Origin: Candidatus Bathyarchaeota archaeon
GTDB lineage: Archaea > Thermoproteota > Bathyarchaeia > 40CM-2-53-6
Length of the DNA stretch: 64,000 bases
NCBI GenBank assembly: GCA_963833125.1
Contig: CAWHWX010000019.1
Location: 160,001 to 224,000, forward strand
Direction of reading: 5' to 3'
Shown: positions 40,953-51,982 of the stretch, in pieces
Numbering within the stretch: the stretch's first letter is position 1
Layout: the number at the start of each line of letters is the position of its first letter
The notes under the pieces: model-generated
The model's database searches: none
What the model saw: the letters and a program-made list of their open reading frames with translations, nothing else
What the model was told of the DNA's origin: nothing
Position numbers and translations under genes: made by a program

Positions 40953-41393
40953 TTGAGTAAGTCTAGTTTAAAGACGGGTTTTATCGATATCTCGGCTGCG
41001 CTCTTCGTGATTGGTGGCGTAGTGAGTTTAGTCGTCAGTTTGGTGGCTATCCCAATTTACAGCCTCTATCCGTTCCAGATGCAATTCTTCAGCTTCGTCT
41101 TCGCAGTTGTCCTCATCGTGGGGGTGATTTGCTCACTGGGCGCGATTCACTGCTTCACGTTGACGACCAAGAGGTTGTTGCATGAAGCCGGAATGAGGGG
41201 AATTATTTTCGGTGCCATCCTGCTAGCTTTCAGTGTAGGCTTGGGTGGAACAAACCGGGATCTGAACACTGGGCTCGGGACGGCAAGCTCGATTCTCATT
41301 CTAATTGCGGGAGCGATTTCCTACGTGCTTCGGGATTCGGTACTCCCTCGAGCGCCAATCTCTATGCGCGAGCAAATAGCTTCCCAACAATAA
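40953..41393 (+). CDS. 4-TM hypothetical membrane protein
   Basis: Four hydrophobic segments; TTTTAAA box upstream. Confidence 0.7.
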   Translation: MSKSSLKTGFIDISAALFVIGGVVSLVVSLVAIPIYSLYPFQMQFFSFVFAVVLIVGVICSLGAIHCFTLTTKRLLHEAGMRGIIFGAILLAFSVGLGGTNRDLNTGLGTASSILILIAGAISYVLRDSVLPRAPISMREQIASQQ

Positions 41394-41467
41394 CGCCGCC
41401 GTGTCCGCGAAGGCGACACCGCCTCGCTTATTCGAGAGCGCTGCGTAGCATCTTTCTTTGATGCATA

Positions 41468-41860
41468 ATGCGAACGCACCGACTGTCCACTGAAGATCAG
41501 TGGTTAATCGATCAGGCTTCAAAGCTCGCTAAGAAAAGAAAGTCCGAACGAACCTCAGTCGCAGCCGTACTCAGGACCAAGGATGGGAGAGTCTTTCAAG
41601 GCGTGAACATCGAAGTGAGCGGCTCCGCGCCAAGTTCCTTCTGCGCCGAATACGCAGCAGTTGGCACCATGGTCTCCGAAGGCGCATCGGAAATTGTGAC
41701 GATAGTTGCCGTCAATGGGAAGAAGAACATTGTGTTGCCCCCTTGTGGAAATTGCAGGCAACTACTGCGTGAATTTGGCAACCCCTACATAATTCTCACC
41801 ATTCGGGGAAGGCACGTCAAGGTAAGACTGGCTGAGCTCTATCCTGCCCAAGTTACGTAG
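41468..41860 (+). CDS. cdd: Cytidine deaminase
   Basis: GVNIE, CAE, PPCGNCRQ. Confidence 0.85.
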   Translation: MRTHRLSTEDQWLIDQASKLAKKRKSERTSVAAVLRTKDGRVFQGVNIEVSGSAPSSFCAEYAAVGTMVSEGASEIVTIVAVNGKKNIVLPPCGNCRQLLREFGNPYIILTIRGRHVKVRLAELYPAQVT

Positions 41861-41962
41861 CTGACTAGGGCAAGAGATTCCGACCAAATCGAATACGTGG
41901 TGTCGTCGATCACCAATCCCGGCATTGTCTAAACTTAAGGTAAACGGGTGCTTACGCCTGGT

Positions 41963-42748
41963 TTACAGTAGTTTGTAAATGGGTGAGTTGAGGCACGTAA
42001 CTCCACCGTCACCCTTCCAGAACTCGGACATGTCGACTTCGATGGGTCTGTACCCTGCCTCTTTCAACCTCGCATTTGCTGTCGCGTAACCTGAGGGGAT
42101 GAGCACTTTCCTATCTCCCAAGTACAAAGCATCTGCTGCGTATGCTTCTTCTTTGTGTATAGAGATGAACTTGAAACCTGGAAATGATTTCGTATCCACT
42201 AGTTCGGGTGCTATGATTATCGTCTTGTTGTTCAGGTAAGCGCAGCCGCACAAAAGATGCATTAACTGGGTCTTTACCGCCTTGACGTTCAAGTCTTTCA
42301 ATACCTGCGCAAGTTGTTGGATTCCATGGGTGTTCGTGCGTTTGGATTCCCCGACAAACACTTCGTTCTCAGTGATTACAATATCGCCTCCCTCCAATTG
42401 ACCGGGCTCAACGATCCAACTTAGCTTCCCTACCTTGCCCGACTCCCTTAGTTCATCGATCAATACCTTCTCTTCCCCTCGACGACGCGCTTCGCCAAAT
42501 CTTCCGATCACTGATGCTCGTGATCCTAGGAGTGCTGGATCTTGCATGAAGACGGAGTCCGGAAAATTCTCGAGAGGCGGCAAAGCAATGACCCCTATAC
42601 CGGACTCTTTCAAGATTGAGCAGTACTGTCGATGTTGTGCTTTGGCGAGAGTTACGTCGATCTCGCCCCTATGCGGATTCGCCGAGACGCATTCACCGTA
42701 GCTGTTGGGTGGCGGTCTCACAAACACGGAGTCGAACAATCTATCCAA
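41963..42748 (-). CDS. Amidinotransferase / dimethylargininase-family enzyme
   Basis: PDSVF.QD, RRGE, LEGGD, MHL, GGVTCL. Confidence 0.88.
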   Translation of the reverse strand: MDRLFDSVFVRPPPNSYGECVSANPHRGEIDVTLAKAQHRQYCSILKESGIGVIALPPLENFPDSVFMQDPALLGSRASVIGRFGEARRRGEEKVLIDELRESGKVGKLSWIVEPGQLEGGDIVITENEVFVGESKRTNTHGIQQLAQVLKDLNVKAVKTQLMHLLCGCAYLNNKTIIIAPELVDTKSFPGFKFISIHKEEAYAADALYLGDRKVLIPSGYATANARLKEAGYRPIEVDMSEFWKGDGGVTCLNSPIYKLL

Positions 42749-42906
42749 TTTGTCGATCTCGTTCTCGCTCCTTTGAAGTTGGAATTAACTTTGCTGTACC
42801 CCGGTTCGTTGCTACTAACGTCCCCGAGGTGGTCACAGGTGACCACTTTTCCGTGAGATATGAAAAGGCAGGTTTAATCCACGTAAATCCGCTGAAAGAT
42901 AAGGTA

Positions 42907-43203
42907 CTATCCACCAGCAACGGCTGCTATGACGAGGAAAGGCTCGTCGCCATTTTGGACGGCATTCGGTAGCGGTGTGTCGGGCGGTTCGTTGGACAGA
43001 TCCTTTTGGCAGGCGTAGAACCGCAAGAAATCTCTGCGTTTTTGGGTGACGTAGTCGCGGATCGTCCCACGTAGCATAGGATAGTTGGCCTCGAGCGCGT
43101 CTAGTACCGTGCGTTGTGTAGCTTGACCATGAACCTCGACTTTTGCCTCGCCCTCGATATGTGCCAGATTCCGGAGGTGTGAGGGGAGGATAACTCGGAT
43201 CAT
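42907..43203 (-). CDS. MoaD/ThiS-like ubiquitin-fold protein
   Basis: MIRVILP start, C-terminal AVAGG; ATGA overlap with the upstream gene. Confidence 0.88.
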   Translation of the reverse strand: MIRVILPSHLRNLAHIEGEAKVEVHGQATQRTVLDALEANYPMLRGTIRDYVTQKRRDFLRFYACQKDLSNEPPDTPLPNAVQNGDEPFLVIAAVAGG

Positions 43204-44387
43204 GGGAGTGTTTGTGCCTCGACGGAGACTACGGGTGGGAGATCTCGCACGATCGGATTCCAACTATCTCCGTCATCTACCGAGGCGTACACTTGGCCGC
43301 CGGTAGTCCCAAAATATATTCCGCATGGGTCTAGAGGGTCAACAGTCATTGCATCCCGTAATACGTCTACGTAGCAGTCGCGTTGTGGCAGGCCTTTTGT
43401 GAGCGCTTCCCATTCGTTTCCGCCCTTCCGGCTGCGGTAGACTCGGAGTTTTCCGTCGGGTGGGTAATGTTCCGCGTCGCTCTTGATTGGAATAACGTAA
43501 ATCGTTTCAGGTTCGTGAGCATGAACCGCAATTGGGAATCCGAAGTCCGTGGGTAGGTTCCCGCTCACTTCCTGCCAAGATTCGCCGCCATCATTACTCC
43601 GCATGACATCCCAATGTTTCTGCATGAATAGTACGCTCGGCCGCGATGGGTGCATGGCGATTTTATGAACGCAGTGGCCCACCTCTGCATCCGGCTTCGG
43701 AATATACTTCGAGTATAAGCCGCGGTTGATGGGTTTCCATGAAACTCCCGCGTCGTCGCTTCGAAACGCTCCCGCGGCAGAAATTGCGGCGTAGATTCTT
43801 TTCGGATTTGTAGGGTCGAGGAGGATTGTATGGAGACACATGCCGCCGGCACCCGGCGCCCATTGCGCACCCGAGGGGTGACCGCGCAGGCCGGCAAGCT
43901 CATTCCAAGACTTTCCACCGTCGGTCGTGCGGAAGAGCGCAGCATCTTCAACTCCTGCGTAGACCGTATCCGGATCAGTTAGGGACGGTTCGAGATGCCA
44001 GACGCGTTTGAACTCCCATGGATGCTGCGTGCCATCGTACCACTGATGGGTCGTGAGCGGTTTCCCGGTCGCGGGGGATGTATCGTAAACGAATTTGTTG
44101 CTTTCTGCGAGGGGCATCCCGGCCGGGTTCGTCGTCGGTTCGCCCGGTTTCAATCCAGGCTGGTACCACGATTTGCCGCCATCATCGGATCGCTGAATGA
44201 TCTGGCCGAAGAAACCGCTGCTCTGGGATACGTAGATGCGGTTCGGATCCGCGGCCGAGCCGTTCAAATGGTAGATCTCCCAACCGCCAAAATGGGGTCC
44301 CTTAACATCCCAGCGTTCACGTTTGCCGTCTGAAGTGAGGATGAACGCACCTTTTCGCGTACCGACGAGAACACTAACGCCGCTCAA
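43200..44387 (-). CDS. BNR/Asp-box beta-propeller protein (sialidase-like fold)
   Basis: VLVGTRKG start; repeated S.DGG.SW Asp boxes. Confidence 0.88.
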   Translation of the reverse strand: MSGVSVLVGTRKGAFILTSDGKRERWDVKGPHFGGWEIYHLNGSAADPNRIYVSQSSGFFGQIIQRSDDGGKSWYQPGLKPGEPTTNPAGMPLAESNKFVYDTSPATGKPLTTHQWYDGTQHPWEFKRVWHLEPSLTDPDTVYAGVEDAALFRTTDGGKSWNELAGLRGHPSGAQWAPGAGGMCLHTILLDPTNPKRIYAAISAAGAFRSDDAGVSWKPINRGLYSKYIPKPDAEVGHCVHKIAMHPSRPSVLFMQKHWDVMRSNDGGESWQEVSGNLPTDFGFPIAVHAHEPETIYVIPIKSDAEHYPPDGKLRVYRSRKGGNEWEALTKGLPQRDCYVDVLRDAMTVDPLDPCGIYFGTTGGQVYASVDDGDSWNPIVRDLPPVVSVEAQTLP

Positions 44388-44937
44388 CCCATTCGCACTT
44401 CCAGCCTCTGACAATTGGGAGCTCGTAGGCGCACTAATAAACTCAAAGCCGTCACCTGCACGGAAATACATTGATCTGCTCCCTGACTAATGCGAATGTA
44501 GTACTGGAGTACTACATTCACGTTTTTGGCCTAACCTGACATAGGGGTTAGTCGCCGGCCACCAACCCCCATGTCGTTGAGCATCAGAGGCGGTCAGGTG
44601 GGCTAGGAGTTGTCGAGGGACAGAGACGAGGTCGATTTTGTAGTGGTCTCTGACGCGTAGGAGTTCGTATCTGGTTCTTTCCACGCTTGATTCGTCGTTT
44701 CCCTTCAGCTGCAACTTATCGGTGAACTCGTCGACCCAGGAACGTTGAACAGAGATGCCCACGGCTACACGACCCGCCCCATAGTCCACGCTTCAGGTAT
44801 GAAGCACTGTCCGCTCAGATACCCCAGGTTCACGTCATTTGAGCATCATATTTGTGACTGTCTTCATAGCGAACAGCAAGCCAGGTTAGATGGTTGAATC
44901 CAATGAGCATTACGGCGCAAGCTCTGAAACTGGTGGT

Positions 44938-45807
44938 CTAGCGTTTCGCTTTTCTTATGGCGTAACCTGCGATGCTATCGGCCGCGTTTATGCCCGTAGC
45001 CTCAAGCAATCCATGAAACCCTGGGGAAGCGTTTACTTCGATAACGTAGGGTTCGTTCTCAACGGAGATCAAGTCCACCCCAGCAATTTCTACGCCGACC
45101 GCTTCTGCGGCCTTAGTAGCCGCCTCCGCCTCCTCTCTCGTTGGTTTGTGTGCGATTCCGTGTCCGCCAATGTGGATGTTACTTCTCCACTCGTTAGGCG
45201 CTGCCTTGCGTTTCATAGCAGCAACCACCTGCCCATCCACGAGGAAGACGCGAATGTCTTCTCCAGGGTTCGGGAGGAATTTCTGGAGACAGATCATTTG
45301 GTCTAGTTCAGATAGCGTATCGATTATCGGCCCCGCCTCCTTCACGTCACGGACTCGCATGACCCCGATCCCTTGGGTTCCACTGAGTAGTTTCATTACG
45401 AGTGGAGGGGAGAGGTAGTCGGTAGGTTCCTGGGTCTTGATTCTCGACGCGATAAGAATGCTTTCGGGGATCCTGACTTTTGCAGCGTACAGGGCTTGAA
45501 GAGTGAGGTACTTGTTCCTAGCTGTGGTTAGGCCCTCGATCGAGAGAGTCGATGGGATGTGCATTAACTCGAAGTGTTTGAGAAGCATGACTCCCAGTTG
45601 TGTTAAGCTGCGGCCGATGCGCGGTATGACTGCGCTTAAGGTGGAAAGCGACTTCTTTTCGTAAATTGCATCGGCTTTCTTCCCTAACATGAGATGTATT
45701 TCTGGCGTCTTGATGTATGCTGGTGCTACTCTCTTCTTATTGAGAGCGTTGATGATTTCGGTTGTTGCCCAGAACTCACGGTTCTTCGAAAGGACTCCAA
45801 TCTGCAT
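44938..45807 (-). CDS. RimK-family ATP-grasp ligase
   Basis: PRIG, GTQGIGV, QKFL, DIRVFLV, WRSN, EVNASPG. Confidence 0.9.
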   Translation of the reverse strand: MQIGVLSKNREFWATTEIINALNKKRVAPAYIKTPEIHLMLGKKADAIYEKKSLSTLSAVIPRIGRSLTQLGVMLLKHFELMHIPSTLSIEGLTTARNKYLTLQALYAAKVRIPESILIASRIKTQEPTDYLSPPLVMKLLSGTQGIGVMRVRDVKEAGPIIDTLSELDQMICLQKFLPNPGEDIRVFLVDGQVVAAMKRKAAPNEWRSNIHIGGHGIAHKPTREEAEAATKAAEAVGVEIAGVDLISVENEPYVIEVNASPGFHGLLEATGINAADSIAGYAIRKAKR

Positions 45808-45866
45808 AGAAAAAGCCTTGACTGCTGGCAGCTTAATACTTGGTTCTCATAAACGGTGTGGCAGTG

Positions 45867-46277
45867 ATGGCGGTGAAAAGGAAAGAGCCGATTGTAATCG
45901 GCCCGATAGAGTACGTGAAGGTCATAGGCCATCACGGTGAAGCCCGCGTCAAAAGCAAGGTGGACACGGGCGCCAGCAGGACCTCTGTGGATGTGTGGCT
46001 TGCAGCGAACATAGGGCTCGGCCCGACCGTGGACGTAGCGAAAGTGAAATCCGCCTTCTTGGACGAAGTTCGAACTCGACCTTTAGTCCGAGGTATCGTA
46101 GAGATCGCGGGGGTAAGATTCGCTTTACCCGTAACTGTCAATGATCGTTCAGACATGCGGTACCCAGTCCTCATCGGGATGGATATTCTCAAGTCAGGAA
46201 GGTTCTTGATAGACCCTACAAAAAGAACGCCGAAGTATGCCGCCAAGAAGCTGAAAGCAAGTCCACGCGCAACTTGA
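45867..46277 (+). CDS. RimK-associated retropepsin-like protease
   Basis: KVDTGASRTS, DRSDMRYPVLIG. Confidence 0.85.
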   Translation: MAVKRKEPIVIGPIEYVKVIGHHGEARVKSKVDTGASRTSVDVWLAANIGLGPTVDVAKVKSAFLDEVRTRPLVRGIVEIAGVRFALPVTVNDRSDMRYPVLIGMDILKSGRFLIDPTKRTPKYAAKKLKASPRAT

Positions 46278-46334
46278 GGCCTCCACTGAAGCATTTTTCA
46301 ATAACCACGGTCCATCTCGAATCGGTAACGTGCA

Positions 46335-47268
46335 TTGCTTGCTGGTAGAGGCTTCTTATCCGTAAGCGACCTATCCCGCGCCGAAATTCAATCATTGATG
46401 GACTTGGCTGTCAGGCTAAAGTCGGACTCGAAGCAAGGACCAGTAGAACATCGCTTATCAGGGAAGGTAATCGGTCTACTATTCGAGAAACCATCTACCA
46501 GAACCCGTGCGAGCTTCGAAACGGCAGTATACCAGCTTGGTGGCCAAGCTATGTACCTCAGGGCTGATGAGCTACAGCTTGCTCGCGGCGAACCCCTAAA
46601 GGACACGGCAAGGATTCTTGGCGCATACCTCAGCGCGATCGTAATCAGGACATATGCTCATCAGAATCTGATCGAATTTGCTGAGTACGCCCCCGTCCCC
46701 ATCATCAACGCCCTTAGCGACCTAGAACATCCTACCCAGATTATTGCAGACATGCTTACGATACTCGAGGCCAAAGGAGTTCTTCAAGGCGTAAATTTCG
46801 TCTGGATTGGTGATGGAAACAATGTGTGCAATTCCTGGTTACTTGGAGCGGCGATCACCGGAATGAACATGGTCGTCTCATGCCCAAAAGGCTACGAGCC
46901 GAACAACGGGATTCTTGAGAAAGCTAAACGTCTCGCGAAAGATTCTGGTGGGAGCATAAGACTAGTCTCCAATCCACTCAAAGCGGTTGAAGACGCCGAT
47001 ATACTCTACACGGATGTTTGGGTCAGCATGGGCCAAGATAAGGAGGCAAAGAAAAAAGAGCGAGTGTTTAAGCCATATCAAATTAATTCGAAGCTGGTCT
47101 CGAAAGCCAAACCGAACGTCGCAGTCATGCATTGTTTGCCCGCCCACCGCAGGCTTAGAAATAACTGACGAAGTACTCGAGGGACCCAAGAGCATTGTCT
47201 GGAAGCAGGCGGAAAACAAACTTCACGGAGCACGGGCCGTGCTAGCCGCTTTCGTTAGTGGCGCCTAA
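46335..47268 (+). CDS. argF: Ornithine carbamoyltransferase (frameshift near 47150)
   Basis: FEKPSTRT, HPTQ, GDGNN, DVWVSMG, HCLP, then EIT..V..QAENK in another frame. Confidence 0.93.
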
Positions 47269-47691
47269 CGGCTTTCCTTGCTCGAGGCTCTCAAGGTAGT
47301 CGCGCGCCTTACTTAGGGTGTCCTTCGCATTCTTGTACGTGAGCCGTTCGTACGCCCTTCCGAACGACGTCCATTCAAATCCTACATGTTCTCGTGACAG
47401 CCTAACGGCGTCGGTTTTTGATTCTAAAAGATAGAAGATGACTTCCTTGAAGACGGTGTTCCCAGCCCGCCTGTAATAGTAACCGATTCGATGACGAAAG
47501 CCCTCGATAAATGATACTGCCGTAATCCCAACTTCCTCTTGGGTCTCCCGTAACACGGTTTCCTTCTCAGTCTCGCCTCGTTCGACATGGCCTTTGACGA
47601 AATCCCAGTGACCGCCTTCGTAATGCAGAAGCAAGTACTTCCTATCACTTCCCTTGAAGATTACCGCTCCGCATGATTTCTCAGATGCCAT
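47242..47691 (-). CDS. Nudix hydrolase (Ap4A hydrolase-like)
   Basis: EKSCGAV, HWDFVKGHVE.GE......RE.QEE Nudix box. Confidence 0.9.
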   Translation of the reverse strand: MASEKSCGAVIFKGSDRKYLLLHYEGGHWDFVKGHVERGETEKETVLRETQEEVGITAVSFIEGFRHRIGYYYRRAGNTVFKEVIFYLLESKTDAVRLSREHVGFEWTSFGRAYERLTYKNAKDTLSKARDYLESLEQGKPLGATNESG

Positions 47692-47810
47692 GATGCCTAC
47701 ACTCGGTGTGACCTGCCAAACAGAGACGGCCTGCCTTAATCTCTTTGCTCTGCGCACGACAATGTAACCATAGAATGTTGACGATCAGTTGCCGCCAAGC
47801 GTAGAATGTT

Positions 47811-48026
47811 CTACGCTTTCTTGGCTACTTGATCCGCTTTATCCTTAAGATCGGTCATCTTATTCATGGTACCGTGCTGTTCGCAGAAGTAAATTAATTC
47901 TCGAGTATCCGTCGCCCCAGCCGAAAATTCTATTGCGCCTTCTCTCATGCTTGACATTTTCTTGCCGCAAAGGGGGCATTTCAAAACATAAACCGACCTT
48001 ATACGCTCGTAACTTTCCGTTACCAA
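47811..48026 (-). CDS. Small Zn-ribbon protein
   Basis: CPLCG...YFCEQHG. Confidence 0.6.
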   Translation of the reverse strand: MVTESYERIRSVYVLKCPLCGKKMSSMREGAIEFSAGATDTRELIYFCEQHGTMNKMTDLKDKADQVAKKA

Positions 48027-48134
48027 ATATCCTTCTTCAAACTATTAAGAACTCTTCAGGTATTCGATCGACCAAACCCGCCGAACCTCCCATGGACTGC
48101 CTCCACTGCATTCCTAGTTTCAAGGTGAGCAGGC

Positions 48135-48986
48135 CTAGGCGTACTCGTCGAGTGTTCCGGCGGGCGGTAGCCCAGCCATTTCCCTTTCAATGTGGCGCTC
48201 TACTCGTTTCATTGTTTTTAGCTGGGTAGGATTCGCAATTCCAAGCATCTGCATGGTTTGAAGGCAGTTTTCGGGAGCATACCCATGGAAATGGTTGTTG
48301 AATATGCCGAAAGTCTTCTTCGTATTCTCTTGTACCTCTCGGATTTTCGGGATCCATTCTTGAAGCTGGCGTTGGGTGTATTGGTAATCATACCATGGCC
48401 TTTCGCCATGCCCATGCCACCTTATGTAACCAATATCAGAGGTAACGTGGATTTCGGGTGGCAGAAGAGGCTCATCTACAATACAATACGCAGCCTGATA
48501 TTTCGCAAGAATGCGCCAACTAGCCTCATCCATCCATGATTTATTACGAAACTCCACAACGTAATTGTATCGATGAGGCAGCGAAGCCAAGAAGCTTTCC
48601 AGGAGCTGGTCGTTTCTCTTGAGCGAGGGAGGTAATTGTACAAGGAAACACCCCAGCCGGTCTTGAGTAAGAAGAGGGTCGAACAATTGCACGAAATCCT
48701 CCAGTTCCGAAACGCTGGTTTCGTCAAGCTTCAGGGCTAGATCATGGGTGAACTTTTGGTTAATTTTGGCACTAAACATGAACCCCCTCTTCGTAAATCT
48801 AGTAAAACCTAAGATTGTGCCTTCGTTCGGAGCCCTGTAGAACGAAGAATTCAACTCGACAGTATCAAACACTGAGGCATACTGTTGAAGCATGTTTTTC
48901 TCGTGATCATACAGTGGTCCAACCCATTCCTTATACGACCAGCCGGCGCAGCCAAAATACAGCCGGGCCGGTAGTTTTGATGCCAT
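48135..48986 (-). CDS. DUF72-family protein
   Basis: GCAGWSY..W, VELNSSFY, QLPPS, EFRN..W, RWHG, FNNH. Confidence 0.9.
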   Translation of the reverse strand: MASKLPARLYFGCAGWSYKEWVGPLYDHEKNMLQQYASVFDTVELNSSFYRAPNEGTILGFTRFTKRGFMFSAKINQKFTHDLALKLDETSVSELEDFVQLFDPLLTQDRLGCFLVQLPPSLKRNDQLLESFLASLPHRYNYVVEFRNKSWMDEASWRILAKYQAAYCIVDEPLLPPEIHVTSDIGYIRWHGHGERPWYDYQYTQRQLQEWIPKIREVQENTKKTFGIFNNHFHGYAPENCLQTMQMLGIANPTQLKTMKRVERHIEREMAGLPPAGTLDEYA

Positions 48987-49181
48987 TCCAATCTCGCCGT
49001 TGAAGTCGATGATTCTCAGGAAGTGGGTGAGCCCATTTATTTCACGATTACGGGGGATTCTGTTCCACCGGATAAACGCAATAGCGAAGCCCTGCGTGAG
49101 GGCGCAAACTGCTAATACGTGTAGTTTCATTCATGCCCTTGTCTTTGCCCCTACCGGGTTAGGTAGTGGAGTTGCTCGTAG

Positions 49182-50949
49182 TTGAAGTTCATTGAGCTCG
49201 CGAACACGTTTGAAAAAATCGACGCTACCACAAAACGGTTAGAGATGACCAGTCTCCTCGTTGAACTAATCAAAGAAACTCCGAAGGAGGAGTTAAGCAA
49301 GGTAGTATACCTCCTCCAGGGTAAGCTGTATCCAGACTATGAGGGCGTAGAGCTAGGTCTCGCCGAAAAACTCCTCATGAAATCGGTCGCTCAGGTAACA
49401 GGGCGAACCGAGAAAGCAATCGAGGCGGACTTCAAGAAAACTGGCGATCTTGGAAGCACGATCGAAAAGCTCGTCCAGAAAAGGTCGCAAACTACCCTGG
49501 CCAAACGACCACTAACAGTAGAACTCGTCTACGGAACCTTCGATAAGATCGCGCACGCGGAGGATCCGGCTCTGTTGAAATGAAAGTCCGCCTCTTGACC
49601 AGCCTTCTGAACGAGGCTAAACCTACAGAGGCCAAGTACATCGCACGAATGGCTGTTGGCAAGCTGCGGTTGGGCGTCGCAGACATGACTGTCCTTGACG
49701 CTCTAGCGGTAGCCTATGGAGGAGACAAGACCGCGAGGGAACCTCTTGAGAGAGCATACAACCTTTCATCAGACCTGGGTTACGTGGCGGAGGTGCTGGC
49801 AAGGGAGGGCCTAGGGGGAGTTGCAAAGTTCAAGATCAGCGTCGGGCGACCGATTAGGCCGATGTTGTGCGAGCGCCTGCCTGACGCACCGAGTATACTC
49901 GGGAAACTCGGAGGGGAGGGGGCTGCTGAGTACAAATATGATGGTCTTCGGATCCAAGCGCACCTAAACGGCAAAGAATTTCATCTTTTCTCGAGGCGTC
50001 TCGAGAACATTACAGAGCAGTTTCCAGACGTAGCAGAGAACCTTCGTCAGAGTATCCGCGCCAAGGAGGCAATTGTCGAGGGCGAGTGCGTTGCCGCTGA
50101 TCCCAATACGGGAGACCTTCTTCCATTCCAGGTGGTCTCCCAGCGGCACGGAAGGAAATATGAGATCACCAGGATGACTGGTGAAGTTCCGGTAAGTGCT
50201 TTCCTGTTCGACGTCCTCTACGCAGACGGCCGAGACCTCACGCAAATGCCTTACCTCGAGCGGCGCAAAGAGCTCGTCGAAGTTGCAAAGACTTCCGACA
50301 GGGTGTTCATCGCGCAACAAACAGTGGTCAAAGATGCTCAAAGATTGGAGCAACTAATGGACGAAGCCGTTGCCGCTGGGTGCGAAGGGCTCGTCGTGAA
50401 GAATACCTCACAGCAATCCGTCTATCAAGCAGGAGCAAGAGGCTATCTCTGGATAAAGTACAAACGTTCCTACAAAGCCGCGGTACAAGATACGTTTGAT
50501 TTAGTTCCCGTTGGGGCTTTCGCTGGAAGAGGTAAGCGGGCAGGCCGGTTCGGGGCACTACTGATGGCAGTTTATGATTCGAAAGAGGAGGTTTTCGAAA
50601 CGATTTGCAAATTGGGATCAGGGTTCACGGACGAAGACCTTGTCAATCTACCGAAAATAACTGAGGAGACCATATCAAATCATAGAAACCCACGCGTCAA
50701 CTCGCTTATGGAGCCCGATGTCTGGTTCACACCATCGTTTGTGCTTGAGGTTGCAGCGGACGAAATTACTCTCTCACCACTTCACACATGCGCAGAGGCG
50801 CTATCAGACCCGAAAGCGGGCTGGCACTCAGGTTTCCAAGGTTCACCGGGAAGTGGAGGAAAGACAAGCAAGCTGAAGATGCGACGACCACGGAGGAAGC
50901 GCTCGAAATGTACAAGAAACAGCTCAAGAAGATAGAAGTCGAAACCTAG
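49182..50949 (+). CDS. lig: ATP-dependent DNA ligase (frameshifts near 49560 and 50790)
   Basis: EYKYDG, FDVLY, EGLVVK, WIKYK; LALRFPRF in the shifted frame. Confidence 0.93.
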
Positions 50950-51174
50950 TCCCGGCAGCGAATCAAGCAAAACCTTTGGCGCGTGCTAAAGGTGTACAAT
51001 ACGTCTACGCTTTGGCGATTTCATCTTCCAGAATCCTGAAGCGTCCCTGTAATACTCTGCTGTCTCCAACCTATTAGTCCTCAAGAGTACTAATCAGTAT
51101 TCATAGTATATATAAGCTTTCGTAATGCTCATTAGGCCTATGGCACCTCCTCAGGACTCTAAAAGGTCGCCACG

Positions 51175-51339
51175 TTGTCGCAAAACCTCGAGATCGTTAG
51201 ATTACAGGGATTCAGAGCTCAGTTCAGGATAACCATTCCACGTGAAATGGTCGAGAAGTTGAAGTGGCAGAAAGGCCAACCACTATTCATCTCCCTAGAA
51301 GGAACGAAGATTATTGTCGAGCCTGTAACCAAGCGTTGA
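51175..51339 (+). CDS. AbrB/MazE/SpoVT-type DNA-binding protein (54 aa, absent from the ORF track)
   Basis: MSQNLEIVRLQGFRAQFRITIPREMVEKLKWQKGQPLFISLEGTKIIVEPVTKR*. Confidence 0.8.
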   Translation: MSQNLEIVRLQGFRAQFRITIPREMVEKLKWQKGQPLFISLEGTKIIVEPVTKR

Positions 51340-51439
51340 CTGAATGAAGAGACTGTTCTGGAATACCTAGGTGGCGTTCCTACGGGATTCCTCAGAATAT
51401 GTTATAGCTAGCTCGCAACATATTCTCCGTCCGACTCTT

Positions 51440-51874
51440 ATGTTCTCAAGGATTCTTGTCGCCGTCGACGGATCACCTTTTGCTCAGAAGGCTCTGAACT
51501 ACGCGACCGATTTGACAAAAAAATACGGCTCTAAGTTGACCATTATTCATGTCGTCCTTCGTCGATTTTATGCTGTCACTCCATCTGAAGCCGGGGTGTT
51601 AGCTACTACAGTGTTTGTGAAGGAGATGGAAGCAGAGGGTGAGGAGATAATCAAGAAAGCAGAGGATTACGTGAAGCAGCAAGGACTCAGCTGCGAACGC
51701 AAGATTGTTCAGGGCGTCCCAGCCGACGAGATTGTCAAGTGTGCCCAAGCCGAGGGTTCAGATCTAATCATCGTCGGTAGCAGGGGGTTAACTGAGGTAC
51801 GCGCTTTCCTGCTCGGTAGTGTTTCGGATAAAGTCTGCCACCATGCCAAATGTCCCACGCTTGTTGTCAAATAA
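51440..51874 (+). CDS. Universal stress protein
   Basis: ILVAVDGS, DLIIVGSRG, LLGSVS, CPTLVVK. Confidence 0.93.
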   Translation: MFSRILVAVDGSPFAQKALNYATDLTKKYGSKLTIIHVVLRRFYAVTPSEAGVLATTVFVKEMEAEGEEIIKKAEDYVKQQGLSCERKIVQGVPADEIVKCAQAEGSDLIIVGSRGLTEVRAFLLGSVSDKVCHHAKCPTLVVK

Positions 51875-51982
51875 GTACGTCTAGAATCAAAGGTCGGTGT
51901 GGCTCACTAGGGCTGACGCTGTTTAGAACTGTTGCTAGGCATCGCTTCGCTTTCTGCGGCGAGAATGCCCGTGAAGAAGCGG

